DNA from: an uncultured delta proteobacterium
GTDB taxonomy: Bacteria > Desulfobacterota > Binatia > HRBIN30 > BPIQ01
Direction: 5' to 3'
Length of the DNA: 64,000 bases
Assembly: GCA_963761335.1 (NCBI GenBank)
Contig: CAVXGR010000011.1
Span: 559,527 to 623,526 of the forward strand
A program made the translations under genes and the position numbers. Numbering within the stretch: the stretch's first letter is position 1; each line of letters starts with the position of its first letter. The notes under the pieces were generated by a model. It saw only the letters and a program-made list of their open reading frames with translations. It made no database searches and was not told the DNA's origin. This document shows, in pieces, positions 42,996-52,905 of the stretch.

Positions 42996-44063
42996 ATGCT
43001 AGACTTCCTGAGCACACATCGCGACGAGATCATCGCGCGAACCCGAGCGAAGGTTGCTCTTCGAGAAGCCCCACAACCGACGACGATTGAGCTCGACCGG
43101 GGAATCCCCCTTTTCTTGGAGCAGCTCATCGCTACGTTGGAATGTCCCTCTCCCACAGACGACGCAGAGATCGGTGAGGTTGCGACCCAGCACGGCAGCA
43201 ATCTGCTTCAAAACGGCTTCAGTGTGGGCCAGGTCGTGCACGACTACGGTGGCGTCTGCCAGGCGATCACCGAGCTCGCCATCGATCTGAACGCGTCAAT
43301 CACCGCAGCTGACTTTCACACGCTGAATCGCTGTCTGGACGACGCGATTGCCGAGGCGGTCACGGAATACAGCCGCCAACGGGAGCAGACGCTTTCCGAT
43401 CACACCCTCGAGCGACTGGGGCGCTTCGCGCATGAGATGCGCAACGCTTTGCACACCGCGACACTGGCGTTCGGAGCACTCAAGTCGGGAAGCGTTGGGT
43501 CTGCCGGGAGCACCAGCACCGTACTTGAGCGAAGCCTCCAGCGAATGTTCAGCCTCGTCGATCGCCAGCTTGCGGAGGTCCGGCTGAGCGCGGGCATCGC
43601 TAGACACGAGGTTGTTCTGGTCGCCGCGCTGATCGAAGACGTCGAGATCGCCGCCTCGATTGAAGCAAGAGACCAAGGTGTCCAGCTCAAGGTCGCACCT
43701 GTCGAGGAGGGGGTCGAGGTCGAGGCCGACCAGCAAATCCTCGCCGCCGCATTGATGAACCTGCTGCAAAACGCCTTCAAGTTCACACGCCCTCACACGC
43801 ACGTTTCACTGGACACACACGTAAGTGCCGACCGTGTACGGATAGAAGTCTCCGATGAGTGCGGCGGTTTGCCCCCCGGGAAGATCGAGGACCTCTTTCG
43901 CCCCTTCGAGCAGCGAGGCAGCGATCGAACAGGCTTGGGTCTAGGCCTGGGGAACAGCCGTCTCTGCGTCGAAGAGAGCGGCGGGGAGCTTCGCGTGCGG
44001 GACGTTCCCGGCACCGGCTGTGTCTTTACGGTCGATCTGCCGAGGTACTCCGGCGAGGTCTGA
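42996..44063 (+). CDS. Histidine kinase with RsbRD_N-like N-terminal domain
   Basis: HG...GFSVGQVVHDYG; FAHEMRNAL; NLLQNAFKF; GLGLGL. Confidence 0.85.
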   Translation: MLDFLSTHRDEIIARTRAKVALREAPQPTTIELDRGIPLFLEQLIATLECPSPTDDAEIGEVATQHGSNLLQNGFSVGQVVHDYGGVCQAITELAIDLNASITAADFHTLNRCLDDAIAEAVTEYSRQREQTLSDHTLERLGRFAHEMRNALHTATLAFGALKSGSVGSAGSTSTVLERSLQRMFSLVDRQLAEVRLSAGIARHEVVLVAALIEDVEIAASIEARDQGVQLKVAPVEEGVEVEADQQILAAALMNLLQNAFKFTRPHTHVSLDTHVSADRVRIEVSDECGGLPPGKIEDLFRPFEQRGSDRTGLGLGLGNSRLCVEESGGELRVRDVPGTGCVFTVDLPRYSGEV

Positions 44064-44150
44064 GACCCTCGGGGGATGCGGGGCGCCCGTCGCTCTTTTC
44101 AGTCAGAGCGGCAATGGCCGGACGCAGGCGAGCGACTGCCGGTCTCGAGA

Positions 44151-44735
44151 TCATCGTAGGCCTCCGCCGGCGGGGGAGCGCTCGTGGCTACCGGGGTTTG
44201 CGCAGCTTCCGGTGCCGGCTCCAGGTCGGGCTGTGCGGTGGGGGGCGCGTCGAAGCTGGCTTCCATGTGTTCGTTTGAGGATCCGTTCGACGTGGGCCAA
44301 CAGCTCGGATGCGGTGAAGGGTTTGCGGATATAGTCGTCGGTACCGGCCTGGACCAGGGCGGCATCGTCGGTGAGCGCCGTGAGCAGTATGACGGGAATG
44401 AAGGCCGTACGAAGATCGGCTCGCAGAAGGTTACATACCTCGAAGCCGTCAATGTCGGGCATCAGGACGTCGAGCAGGATCAAGTGGGGCAGCTCAGCCT
44501 GCGCCAGTGCCAGCGCTTCCCGTCCGTTGACGGCGGTCGTGACCGAGAAGGGCAAAGCCGCGTTTTCCAGCGTGAAGGTGAGTATCTCGCGGTGGTCTGC
44601 CTGGTCGTCGACAACCAGAACCCGAAAGGGTTGAGGGAAGGGTGGCTCCGCCGGCGAGTCGGTCGCGACCAGCCCTGCCCGAGCCAGAGACCTCGGGAGT
44701 GCCACGTCGCGGGTGTTGTCCTTGGAACGGTCCAT
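44151..44735 (-). CDS. Single-domain response regulator
   Basis: VLVVDDQ, LLDVLMP, LLTAL, KPF; RBS caggag. Confidence 0.8.
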   Translation of the reverse strand: MDRSKDNTRDVALPRSLARAGLVATDSPAEPPFPQPFRVLVVDDQADHREILTFTLENAALPFSVTTAVNGREALALAQAELPHLILLDVLMPDIDGFEVCNLLRADLRTAFIPVILLTALTDDAALVQAGTDDYIRKPFTASELLAHVERILKRTHGSQLRRAPHRTARPGAGTGSCANPGSHERSPAGGGLR

Positions 44736-44953
44736 TCTCCTGCGATTGCATTGGGGCAAACGACAGGCCAGCCGGCGTGACTCCATGCCGTAACTGTTCG
44801 CACCGTTCCCTCGCGGCACTTCCTCACCGGAATCAAGGGAAGTATTCGGATGGACAACGGGCCGCCAGCCGGGCCCCTCTCTGCGGCCGGTTGCGAGTCT
44901 GCCGCCGACGCGAGGAGAGCCTCTCGCTCCTCGGCTCGGCATGGTAGTGATCC

Positions 44954-45139
44954 CTATCGGAAGAGCAACGCCCAAACACTCAAGCTGAGCGCGGCCCACA
45001 GCAAAAGGCTGACCGAGGCACCGACCATCAATCCGAGCAATGGCAGCCCGGGGGCGCGATCGGTGTAGTCAGGCTCGTCTTCCCTGAGCCAATCGGCAGC
45101 GGCTGTCTCGCCGGCGATCGCAATTGCCTTCTTCTCCAT
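44954..45139 (-). CDS. Small single-TM protein (61 aa)
   Basis: ggag RBS; hydrophobic C-terminus; abuts the upstream kinase. Confidence 0.55.
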   Translation of the reverse strand: MEKKAIAIAGETAAADWLREDEPDYTDRAPGLPLLGLMVGASVSLLLWAALSLSVWALLFR

Positions 45140-45179
45140 GATGCTTCTCCAGCCAGCGGGGTGCGCCCGCTTCTACCGG

Positions 45180-46784
45180 TCACGGTTCCAGCGTGAATGA
45201 GATCGTCGTCCCGCGCTCCTCCTGGCTTTCGGCCCACACGTGGCCGCCGTGGAGGCGAGTGATTCGCTGCACGGTCGCCAGACCGATCCCGCTGCCTTCG
45301 AACTCAGTGGATGAGTGTAAGCGATAAAACGGCGTGAAGAGCTTGGCGACCTGGCGCATGTCGAAGCCCGCTCCGTCGTCACGGACGAAATAGACGCGTC
45401 CGCCCTCTCGCCGCCTGGTGCCCAGCTCGATCCGCGCTGCGCCGTGCTTGCTGGTATATTTCCAGGCGTTGCCGAGCAGGTTGTCCAGCAGTACTCGCAG
45501 CAGGTCCGCATCGCCGTCGGCTCGCAATTCGTCAGCAATCACGAAGGTGACGTTGCGATTCGGCTGTTGTTGCTGGAGCTCGGCGGCGATCGAGCGCGCG
45601 AACCCGCTCAGATCGACGCTGACGCGCTGGAGGTGGTGGTGTGACACCCGGGACAGCGCCAAGAGATCCGTAATCAGCAGGCCCATGCGTTGACTGGCCG
45701 CACCAACTCGCTCCAGGTAGTGCATACCCTGGTCGTCGAGCCTGTCCGCATAGTCTTCCAGCAAAGTCCTGGTGAAGCCTTCGATGGCGCGCAGTGGGGC
45801 GCGCAGATCGTGCGAGACCGAGTAGCTGAAGCTCTCGAGCTCCGCGTTGGCGACTTCGAGCTGCGCGGTGCGCTCCCGCACTCGGCGCTCGAGCGATTCG
45901 TTGAGCTCGCGGATCTCCTCCTCGCTCTGCTTGCGTGCGGTGATGTCCATCATGGCGCCGATCATCCGCACCGGCTTGCCGCTGCCATCCTGAATCACCT
46001 GGCCGCGGTCGAGCACATAGGCAAACGATCCGTCGCTCCGGCGAAAGCGATACTCCGCCGACCACTGGCGGCTGCCGCCATCGATGATCGCGTGAATCCC
46101 CGAGAGCACTGCCTCTCTGTCGTCGGGATGAATGTGGTCGCCCCACCATTCGATTCTCGGCTGGATCTGCTCCGTCGCGTAGCCGAAGAGATCCTGCATG
46201 CGTTCCGTCCACTCCAACGCATCGGACGCCAGATCCCACTCCCAGACGGCGTCATGCGTCGCATGCGCGACGGTTCGAAAACGCTCTTCGCTCCGCCTGA
46301 GCGCCTCCTCCGCCTCCCGGCGCTGGCGCTGTCCCTCCTTTTCCTGGAGGGCGCGATGCACCACCGCCCCGAGCCGCGTAAGACGTGTCTTCAGCACGTA
46401 GTCGGTGGCGCCCGCCTTGACGGCCTCGATGGCGCGTTCCTCGCCCAGCACGCCGGAAACGATGATGAACGGGATGTCGACTTGCCGCTCGCATAGCAGC
46501 CGAAGCGCGGTCATCCCGTTGATTCCCGGCAGGCTGTAATCGGCGAGAATCAAGTCGTACTTCGCTTCACTCAGCCGTGTCAGGTATGCCTCGCGGCTGT
46601 CCACCCGCTCCCAGCGACAGATATGGCCGGCCTCTTCAAGCGTCGCGACTGCAAGCTCGGCATCACCGGCGGTATTGTCCAGGATCAGAATGTGGAGGGG
46701 CGCACACGCAATGGATGGCGTCTGGACCTCAACGTTGGTTGCGGTGGCAGTCGCGAGCCCTACAGAGGGACTAGGGACACGCAT
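45180..46784 (-). CDS. REC-PAS-histidine kinase
   Basis: ADYSLPG, PAS with IHPDD, FSYSVSHDLRAPL, NLLGNAWKY, GSGIGLA; start approximate. Confidence 0.88.
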   Translation of the reverse strand: MRVPSPSVGLATATATNVEVQTPSIACAPLHILILDNTAGDAELAVATLEEAGHICRWERVDSREAYLTRLSEAKYDLILADYSLPGINGMTALRLLCERQVDIPFIIVSGVLGEERAIEAVKAGATDYVLKTRLTRLGAVVHRALQEKEGQRQRREAEEALRRSEERFRTVAHATHDAVWEWDLASDALEWTERMQDLFGYATEQIQPRIEWWGDHIHPDDREAVLSGIHAIIDGGSRQWSAEYRFRRSDGSFAYVLDRGQVIQDGSGKPVRMIGAMMDITARKQSEEEIRELNESLERRVRERTAQLEVANAELESFSYSVSHDLRAPLRAIEGFTRTLLEDYADRLDDQGMHYLERVGAASQRMGLLITDLLALSRVSHHHLQRVSVDLSGFARSIAAELQQQQPNRNVTFVIADELRADGDADLLRVLLDNLLGNAWKYTSKHGAARIELGTRRREGGRVYFVRDDGAGFDMRQVAKLFTPFYRLHSSTEFEGSGIGLATVQRITRLHGGHVWAESQEERGTTISFTLEP

Positions 46785-46880
46785 GGGGCACCCCCCCCGC
46801 ATGCCAAGCGTCGTGCCTGACAGGCATACATAACCATGGGACATTTGTAGCGGATTCACGGCCCTGCCGTAAGAGCGCAG

Positions 46881-46901
46881 TACTACGTACGCAGTTCTAC
46901 G
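46881..46901 (-). promoter_or_regulatory. Repeated regulatory box, copy 6
   Basis: tactacgtacgcagttctacg; minus-strand ttacgg-N17-tacaaat, upstream of the 46784 kinase. Confidence 0.7.
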
Positions 46902-47875
46902 CTCACGCCGTTTGGCCTCGCGCCGCCGGCGGTCTGAGGCGGAGGCGCGACGGCCGAGCCGGGCATGGTCTTGCGCGACAATCGTCGTCGCCGCCGCCAC
47001 AGCAAGGCGATCGGCAGCGCCAGCAGCCACGCCCGAGGCGTTCCACCCGGCGCGGTCACCTGACAGCCGTCGTTGTCTTCGTAGCTTGGACGCAAGCTGG
47101 AAGTCTTGGTCGGCGTTGCCGCGATGGTGACGGTGGGCGGCGGCGGCAGTGGCGTGTTGGTCGGCGTCGGGGATGCGGTTGGCACCTGGCCGACCACGAT
47201 TGAACCGTCGACGCACGCGGCCGACAGCCCTTCGCTCGCGGTGGAGGTGCCGCAAAGCAGCGAATACGTGCCCGAGGCCGCATTGAGATCGGTGCCGATC
47301 TCACAGCTGTAGAGCACGGAGCCGTCCGGGATTGGATCGGGCATTGCCGGACGCGAGAACGAGTACGCGCAGCATACAGAAGTCAGCCCCTTCACACTCG
47401 AGCGCGAAGGTGGCGTCCATGTCGATTTCCGGGTTCACCGTGCAGCTTGGTTGGCCATTGGCGCCGCTGGCGAAGCGGATCTGGGAGCCGAGTATGATGA
47501 TCTGGTTCTGCGTTTCGACGACTTCGACCGCTGTCCGTAGCACCACATCGATGGTAGTGGCCTCACCCCGCAGGCCGATTCCCGAACCGATGACGAAGGT
47601 CATATCGGCGGCACCCATGGTTGGTGTGGCGGTAGCCGTGGGTGTGGGCGGCGGGGTCGGCGTGCCGGTTGGCGTCGCGGTACAAACCTCCGCTGGTGTT
47701 TCTGTTGAGCTTGCTGTCGGCGTCGACGTTGATATCGCAGTCGATGTTGCCGTCGCAGGGCCCGTTGGAGTGGCGGTCGGAGTACTCATCGCAGTCGCGG
47801 TCGGGGTCCCGCTCGGCATCGCTGGCGTACCCCTCGGGGTAGCGGTGGCTGTCGCGGCGCGCGGGCCCGTTGCGG
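46883..47875 (-). pseudogene. Truncated, frameshifted surface protein (Pro/Thr linker, cohesin-like domain, C-terminal sorting-signal-like tail)
   Basis: ORFs 47301..47819 and 46883..47395 join if one C is removed near 47340 (N-A-D-P-I-P-D-G). The tail GCQV...WLLALPIALLWRRRRR is present; an in-frame TAA lies upstream and there is no signal peptide. Confidence 0.7.
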
Positions 47876-47889
47876 TTTAGTTAGACTCT

Positions 47890-48125
47890 CCGCGCGGCGC
47901 CGTGGGGCTCGAATATCCGCTTGAGGTGGTCGGCGGGAATGCCAATCCCCGTGTCACGCACGCGGACGAAGAGCCTGGTGCTGGCCAGCCGACCTTAGCA
48001 GCCCGCTAGGGGTGGACCTTCCGAAGCCTTTCGCCGGAAGATCCACATGGAACTCGAGACCCATTTGCCTGCACTGCCATTCGATCGCCTCGGCGGGTTC
48101 GCGGATCAGGGCGCAGGCGGAGAAG
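47890..48125 (-). pseudogene. Internally deleted remnant of the PAS-kinase gene (third copy)
   Basis: Blocks match 24010-24300, e.g. gaggtggtcggcgggaatgccaatccccgtgtcacgcacgc and cactgccattcgatcgcctcggcg. Confidence 0.85.
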
Positions 48126-48127
48126 AA

Positions 48128-48148
48128 TGCTACGTGCGCAGCTCTACG
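48128..48148 (-). promoter_or_regulatory. Repeated regulatory box, copy 7 (degenerate)
   Basis: gaa-tgctacgtgcgcagctctacg, in front of the decayed kinase. Confidence 0.62.
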
Positions 48149-48489
48149 CGCATGGCTTCGCGTTCGGGTGGCTTGCGGCCCACGCGCAGGCGCCGGCGCA
48201 CGGCGTCGGCGTCGAGATCGAGTGTGTCACAAATGCACTCGAACGAGTACGGCCAGTCTGTCTCCCCGGCCAGGAACCAGCGCCTCGCCTCCCGGAAGGC
48301 CTGTCGGCGGTGAGCGTCCTTGGCGAAGCGATGCTTTTGTACGCAATCGAGCGCGTCCTGAAGGACGGCAATCATGAGCCGCTGCTCGGGTGCCTGCCTA
48401 TGCTGCGGTCCGAAGTGTTGGGACGGCAGCACGATGTCGGGCTGCATCACACCAATGAGCAGCCCCGCCAGTCGCTTATTCGGTTCCAT
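48130..48489 (-). CDS. Small conserved helical hypothetical protein, paralog
   Basis: Near-identical to 32617..32964 except for the C-terminal tail. Confidence 0.78.
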   Translation of the reverse strand: MEPNKRLAGLLIGVMQPDIVLPSQHFGPQHRQAPEQRLMIAVLQDALDCVQKHRFAKDAHRRQAFREARRWFLAGETDWPYSFECICDTLDLDADAVRRRLRVGRKPPEREAMRVELRT

Positions 48490-48534
48490 TCCCGAGTCTT
48501 TTAGTCGACTGACGACGGCGCCGTAAGCTCGCAC

Positions 48535-48555
48535 TACTACGCGCGTAGCTCTACG
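48535..48555 (-). promoter_or_regulatory. Repeated regulatory box, copy 8
   Basis: aagctcgcac-tactacgcgcgtagctctacg; minus-strand ttacgg-N17-taaaag. Confidence 0.78.
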
Positions 48556-48683
48556 TGGGCAATTGCACCGCGTTCAGCAGCGGCCCCAGCAGATCCGAGC
48601 GTGAAGTAGATCGTCGTGCCGCGCTCGATGCCCGGCCTCGGCCCAGGCTCGGCCACCGTGGCGCTCGATTGCCCCGAGCTCAT
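48537..48683 (-). pseudogene. Collapsed kinase remnant (RBS/start joined to an HATPase tail)
   Basis: aaaggagg RBS + ATG; GIERGTTIYFTLG resembles kinase C-termini such as EERGTTISFTLEP at 45180. Confidence 0.5.
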
Positions 48684-48709
48684 AGGTCGATCCTCCTTTC
48701 CTGGTAGTG

Positions 48710-49121
48710 GGGGATTTTGAAATGAAACGCGGTCAACTTCGGTCCACCACAACCTCCGCTTCGTTGAGTTGAACCCGACTTCCCGAGGTTGCATCTGTGG
48801 CCGGGAGCTCGGAGATCGTTCGCCCCGGAGGGGCGCGGGCGTGTAGCCCCGGGTCGGAGACCCGGGGATCCCGAAGTCGACGTCCGTTGGCGCCCCGCCA
48901 GGGGCGCGGGCGCGGTTTTGACACAGGCCTCTGCACCCGGGGTCGCACGCCTGCGCCCCTGGCGGGGCGCATCGGGGAAGGCGGACCCGGGATCCCCGGG
49001 TCTCCGACCCGGGGCTACATGCCTGCGCCGCTTCGCGGCGCGATCCCCCAGCCCAAGTTTGGTCGTGGGGGATTTGTTGGTAAGGGGATTTTGAAACGCG
49101 GTTGATCTCAAGATCCACCAC
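48710..49121. repeat. REP doublet cluster bracketed by direct repeats
   Basis: gtagccccgggtcggagacccggggatccc (~48843) inverted at ~48989-49019; cgcccc..ggggcg hairpins; ggggattttgaaa..cgcggt..tccaccac at 48710 and 49084. Confidence 0.75.
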
Positions 49122-49183
49122 TACTCCTTTCCTGCTCGAGGAAGCCGCCTTCAGGCTTCCGGCCCGGCGCCAACGTCGGTTGA

Positions 49184-50470
49184 TCATTCATGCAATCGGA
49201 TCTCCCGTTTCGTCAGCCGATAACCGCCCTCGATGGTCACCGCCAACGCGACCATCGCCACCAGCACCCACAACTTTGCGGGTGCGGTCATGGATGTCTG
49301 CCAGACCAAGGCGCCCAGTGCCGTCAGGCACGCGACAGCTGCGGCCACCGAAATCCAACCGCGGCTGTTGGTGTGCGCCGCGCTCCGCGCGTTGGCGGCG
49401 TTCACCGCGGCGAAGATCAGCAGAAACCCGGCGCTGCCCAGTGTCGCAATGCTCGTCAGGTCGAAGGCATTGGCCACCAACAGCGTCAGCCCGGCGGTAA
49501 TCAACAGTCCTTCCACCGGCTCCTTCCAGACTTTCCGCTCCAGCATTGCCGGCAATTCGCCGTCGCGCGCGATGCAGTAGCTCACCCGCGCGGCGCCGTA
49601 GAGCGTGGCGTTGATCGCGGAGGCGGTTGACAGCATCGCCGCGACCGCGATCAGCGTGAAGCCGGCCTGCCCGAGAAATGGCCGAGCCGCTTCCGCCAAG
49701 GCGTAATCCTCGGCCGCGATGATCTTGTCCACCGGGAGATTGCCCACCGTGACCAGCGCCACCAGCACGTACAAGCCGATCACAAACCCGACCGCCGTGT
49801 AGTACGCGCGCGGCAGCGTTCGCGCCGCGTCACGCACATCGCCCGCCGTATTGGCGATCAGCTCGAAGCCTTCGTAGGCCAGGAAAATGATCATCCCGCC
49901 CGCCGCCAACTGCAGCGGCGGCGACCAGGAGCTTGGCGCGATTTGGGAGGTGTCGACGCCGGCAAGACCGGCACCGACGAAAAACAGCAGGATCACCACT
50001 TTCAATCCCACGATCCAGTCCTCGGCGTCGCCGATCAACGCGGCGCTGAGCAGGTTCAAACCGGTAATCGCGATCACGCTGAAGCTGATCAACGCGTGCT
50101 TGCCGATCGCTTGCCATGTCTCCGGCAGGAACGTCGCACCGTAGCTGCCGAACGCGAACGCATACAGCGACAGCATCACGACGTAGCTGAGCCACAGCAG
50201 CACGTTCAGGCTGCCGGTCAACATTCCGGACCCGAAAACGCCGTCCAAAAACGCGACCGTCCCGCCGCGGCTCGGATACGCCACCGAAAGCTTCGCGTAC
50301 GAATACGTCGTCAGCAGCGCCACCACGCCGGCCAGCGCAAAGGCCAGCGGCGTGCCGCCGTGCGCCAGCTGCACCGCCAAGCCCAGCACCGCAAAAATCC
50401 CGCCCCCGACCATCCCGCCGACGCCGATGGCCACCACCGCCCAGAACCCGATCTTGCCGTCGCCTGCCAT
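49184..50470 (-). CDS. APC-family amino acid permease
   Basis: IGVGGMVGGGIF, FLAYEGFELI; about 12 TM segments. Confidence 0.9.
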   Translation of the reverse strand: MAGDGKIGFWAVVAIGVGGMVGGGIFAVLGLAVQLAHGGTPLAFALAGVVALLTTYSYAKLSVAYPSRGGTVAFLDGVFGSGMLTGSLNVLLWLSYVVMLSLYAFAFGSYGATFLPETWQAIGKHALISFSVIAITGLNLLSAALIGDAEDWIVGLKVVILLFFVGAGLAGVDTSQIAPSSWSPPLQLAAGGMIIFLAYEGFELIANTAGDVRDAARTLPRAYYTAVGFVIGLYVLVALVTVGNLPVDKIIAAEDYALAEAARPFLGQAGFTLIAVAAMLSTASAINATLYGAARVSYCIARDGELPAMLERKVWKEPVEGLLITAGLTLLVANAFDLTSIATLGSAGFLLIFAAVNAANARSAAHTNSRGWISVAAAVACLTALGALVWQTSMTAPAKLWVLVAMVALAVTIEGGYRLTKREIRLHE

Positions 50471-50525
50471 CCGTCCCCCAGCGGTCACCCCCACTTCAGG
50501 CGCGTCGGCTTCGGCCCACCAGGAC

Positions 50526-50975
50526 TCAATCGATAACTTGCTGCGTGACCTGTCCTTTGCCACGGAGCACGACGACGCGCTTTGCCGCCGACTCGTTCTG
50601 CCGCACGCAGTGCACTTCGACCAATTTCAGCACCTTGACAATGTCTGGGGGTAGGTGGATATCCGCCCCTGCCCCGACGGCCGCCGCGTCCTGCCGCGAG
50701 TCGTACTCGCCTGACAAGGCAACTACGGGGATGTCGGCAAACTCTGGATCCTGAAGCTGCTCAGCGCGAAAGTGTTCGCCGGCCACGCCTGACATCACGA
50801 GGTCCAACAGAATGATGCACGGCCGAGCGCCATCGCGAAGCTGCTCGAGCGCGTGCTGCCCGTCCCTGGCTGTCTTCACCTTGTACCCGTCGAATTGAAG
50901 GAGGTTCCGCAGGCTCTCGCGGATATCGGCATCATCACCAACGAGCAACACGGTCTGTTTTGACTCCGCGCTCAT
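50526..50975 (-). CDS. Single-domain response regulator
   Basis: VLLVGDD, ILLDLVM, IPVVALSG; the conserved Lys (KP) appears absent. Confidence 0.75.
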   Translation of the reverse strand: MSAESKQTVLLVGDDADIRESLRNLLQFDGYKVKTARDGQHALEQLRDGARPCIILLDLVMSGVAGEHFRAEQLQDPEFADIPVVALSGEYDSRQDAAAVGAGADIHLPPDIVKVLKLVEVHCVRQNESAAKRVVVLRGKGQVTQQVID

Positions 50976-51192
50976 GGGGATCCTCTCGACGTGGGTGCGC
51001 GGCACGCAAGGTGAGGCGTCTCGGCTCCACGCAAGCTCCGTGGTTCAGCGTTCATTCGCCGCCGGTGATGAAGCCCGCTGCTCGCGGCGGCGTTGCCCGG
51101 CCTCGCAGCGATCCTCCTCCAGGTGGAGGGACCCCGGCGGCACCGGGAGGGAACCGGGGAAGACGCCGCCGAGGCTGGGTAGAGCGATTCGC

Positions 51193-52197
51193 TCATTCAA
51201 CGTGGAGCTCCACACGACGGTTCTGGGCGCGGCCGTCCGCGGTGTCGTTGGACGCCACCGGGCGCGATTCACCGAAGCCTTCCGTGGTGACGCGGTTGGC
51301 TGCAATCCCGTGTTTCACCAAGTATTGCCGCACCGCATCGGCGCGGCGGTGCGACAGCTTCTGATTGTAGGCGTCGGTCCCGACGCTGTCCGTGTGGCCC
51401 TCGACAATCACTGCGACGCCGCCTTCGCCCTTGAGCGTCTCCGCAGCCTCATTCAAGATCGGTACGGCATCGGGTCGGATGGCAGACTTGTCGAAATCGA
51501 AGTGGACGCTGCGCAGGACGATCTTCTTCTTTACCGGCGGTGGTGGCGGGGGTGCCTTGGCGACCGGGGCCGGCGGTGGCGGTGGTGGCGGCGCTTCCGC
51601 TGGTCCGTTGAAGGCGTACTTCAAGCCGACTCCAAACGTCGCCCAGCGCGCGTCGGCAGGACCCTGGTCAGCAAGGACATTCTGGGGCAGGGAGGTCGGG
51701 CGCGGCGACATATAGGCGCGGTTCCACCGACCAAACAGACCGATCGCGACCTGAGGCGTGACATTGAAGTCGACGCCGCCACCAACCGAGAAGCCGGGTG
51801 CGGTGTGATTGAGTCGTCCGCTCAGCCCGGTGAAGACACCGCCTTGAGCCGTGCCGTACAGCTCCACGAGATCCCCCAGCGGCAGTGAGAGCCGCGGCCC
51901 GATGGTGGCGCCGAACAGCGTGGTGATCTGGTTTTCCTTCGGGAAGCCTTGCCGGTCGTTGTCCGGCTCCTGGAAGGTGAAGTGGATCTGCCCCTGCACA
52001 CCGAGATAGTCATTGAACATGTAGCCGCCATACGGATTTCCGGTAGCGCCCTCCTGGACGTGCGCCCGATAGTTGCGATTGGTCGGCACGGAAGCGCCCA
52101 GATCGACACCGACGAACGGACCATCGACGGCGTGGGCAGATGCAACGGCCCACAGTATGAAAAATGGAAGCACCAAGACGGAACGTTTGCAAATCAT
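51193..52197 (-). CDS. OmpA-family protein (beta-barrel + Pro linker + OmpA_C)
   Basis: FDFDKS, EGHTDSVG, NQKLSHRRA, NRRVE. Confidence 0.93.
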   Translation of the reverse strand: MICKRSVLVLPFFILWAVASAHAVDGPFVGVDLGASVPTNRNYRAHVQEGATGNPYGGYMFNDYLGVQGQIHFTFQEPDNDRQGFPKENQITTLFGATIGPRLSLPLGDLVELYGTAQGGVFTGLSGRLNHTAPGFSVGGGVDFNVTPQVAIGLFGRWNRAYMSPRPTSLPQNVLADQGPADARWATFGVGLKYAFNGPAEAPPPPPPPAPVAKAPPPPPPVKKKIVLRSVHFDFDKSAIRPDAVPILNEAAETLKGEGGVAVIVEGHTDSVGTDAYNQKLSHRRADAVRQYLVKHGIAANRVTTEGFGESRPVASNDTADGRAQNRRVELHVE

Positions 52198-52354
52198 GTC
52201 GACCCCTTCTCCTTTTGGATTCCCTGGCCCGGTTGACCGGCCACATGGCGTTGGACGCCACGCCGCCGATTCGCCGCGTTTCACCAGTCGCGGACTATTC
52301 CGCACGGCGACTTCGGGCTCCACATCCAGCGCCGGGTCACCTCAATGCACGAGC

Positions 52355-52543
52355 CTATCTGAACCGGAACGATCCCAATGACCCGATGATTCCGAACACT
52401 TGCAGCAACCATACACAAACCACGAGAATGACGACGATATGAATGATGCGTTTGATCGTTGCATCGATCGGAAGGAGGGCCTCTACCACGTAGAGAAGCA
52501 CTCCGACGACCACCAGAACGATGAGGACGTTTATCAACGGCAT
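52355..52543 (-). CDS. Small two-TM membrane protein (Thivi_2564-like)
   Basis: MPLINVLIVLVVVGVLLY...IKRII...WLLQVFG. Confidence 0.8.
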   Translation of the reverse strand: MPLINVLIVLVVVGVLLYVVEALLPIDATIKRIIHIVVILVVCVWLLQVFGIIGSLGSFRFR

Positions 52544-52713
52544 AGGAACTTGCCTTTCGTGTCGAACAGTGAGGTGCGAGGTTTCATCTCCCCTTGAGCG
52601 TTCTTCTGCTACCAACGCGGATGATCGTACATCTCGTGTGACTGCCAGCGGCCTCGAGCCCCCGTCGGCGCGGAGAGTATGGTCCGAATTGGACAGATAA
52701 CGAAAGCCCGGAA

Positions 52714-52734
52714 CCCTACGCGCGTAGTTCTACG
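52714..52734 (-). promoter_or_regulatory. Repeated regulatory box, copy 9
   Basis: ggaa-ccctacgcgcgtagttctacg; minus-strand tttcgt-N18-catact. Confidence 0.72.
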
Positions 52735-52745
52735 CGAGAGACTGG

Positions 52746-52905
52746 CAGCCCGTTGAAGAACAGGTGGCGTAGCGAGGGCGGGCATTTTGCGCCAGATCGA
52801 GGCGCCGAACCGGAGGCAAACGTGTCGGTTTTGTCGAGGATTCGGCAACGAAGAGCTGGCGCAAAAGGCCCGCCCGCAGTAGCCGCCCTGTTCTTCAACG
52901 GGCTG
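52746..52905. mobile_element. 160-bp MITE with perfect 19-bp terminal inverted repeats
   Basis: cagcccgttgaagaacagg ... cctgttcttcaacgggctg, flanked by ctgg / ctag. Confidence 0.8.

Noticed and set aside
52291..52306. Possible 13th box upstream of ompA (cggactattccgcacg)
   Set aside because: Only one degenerate half-site, and no -35/-10 at the expected spacing.
32603..52898. Several minus-strand ORFs ending in VELRA/VELRT, suggesting a shared C-terminal tag
   Set aside because: This is simply the translation of the reverse-complemented box (GTAGAGCTACGCGCGTAG); most of these ORFs are otherwise spurious.
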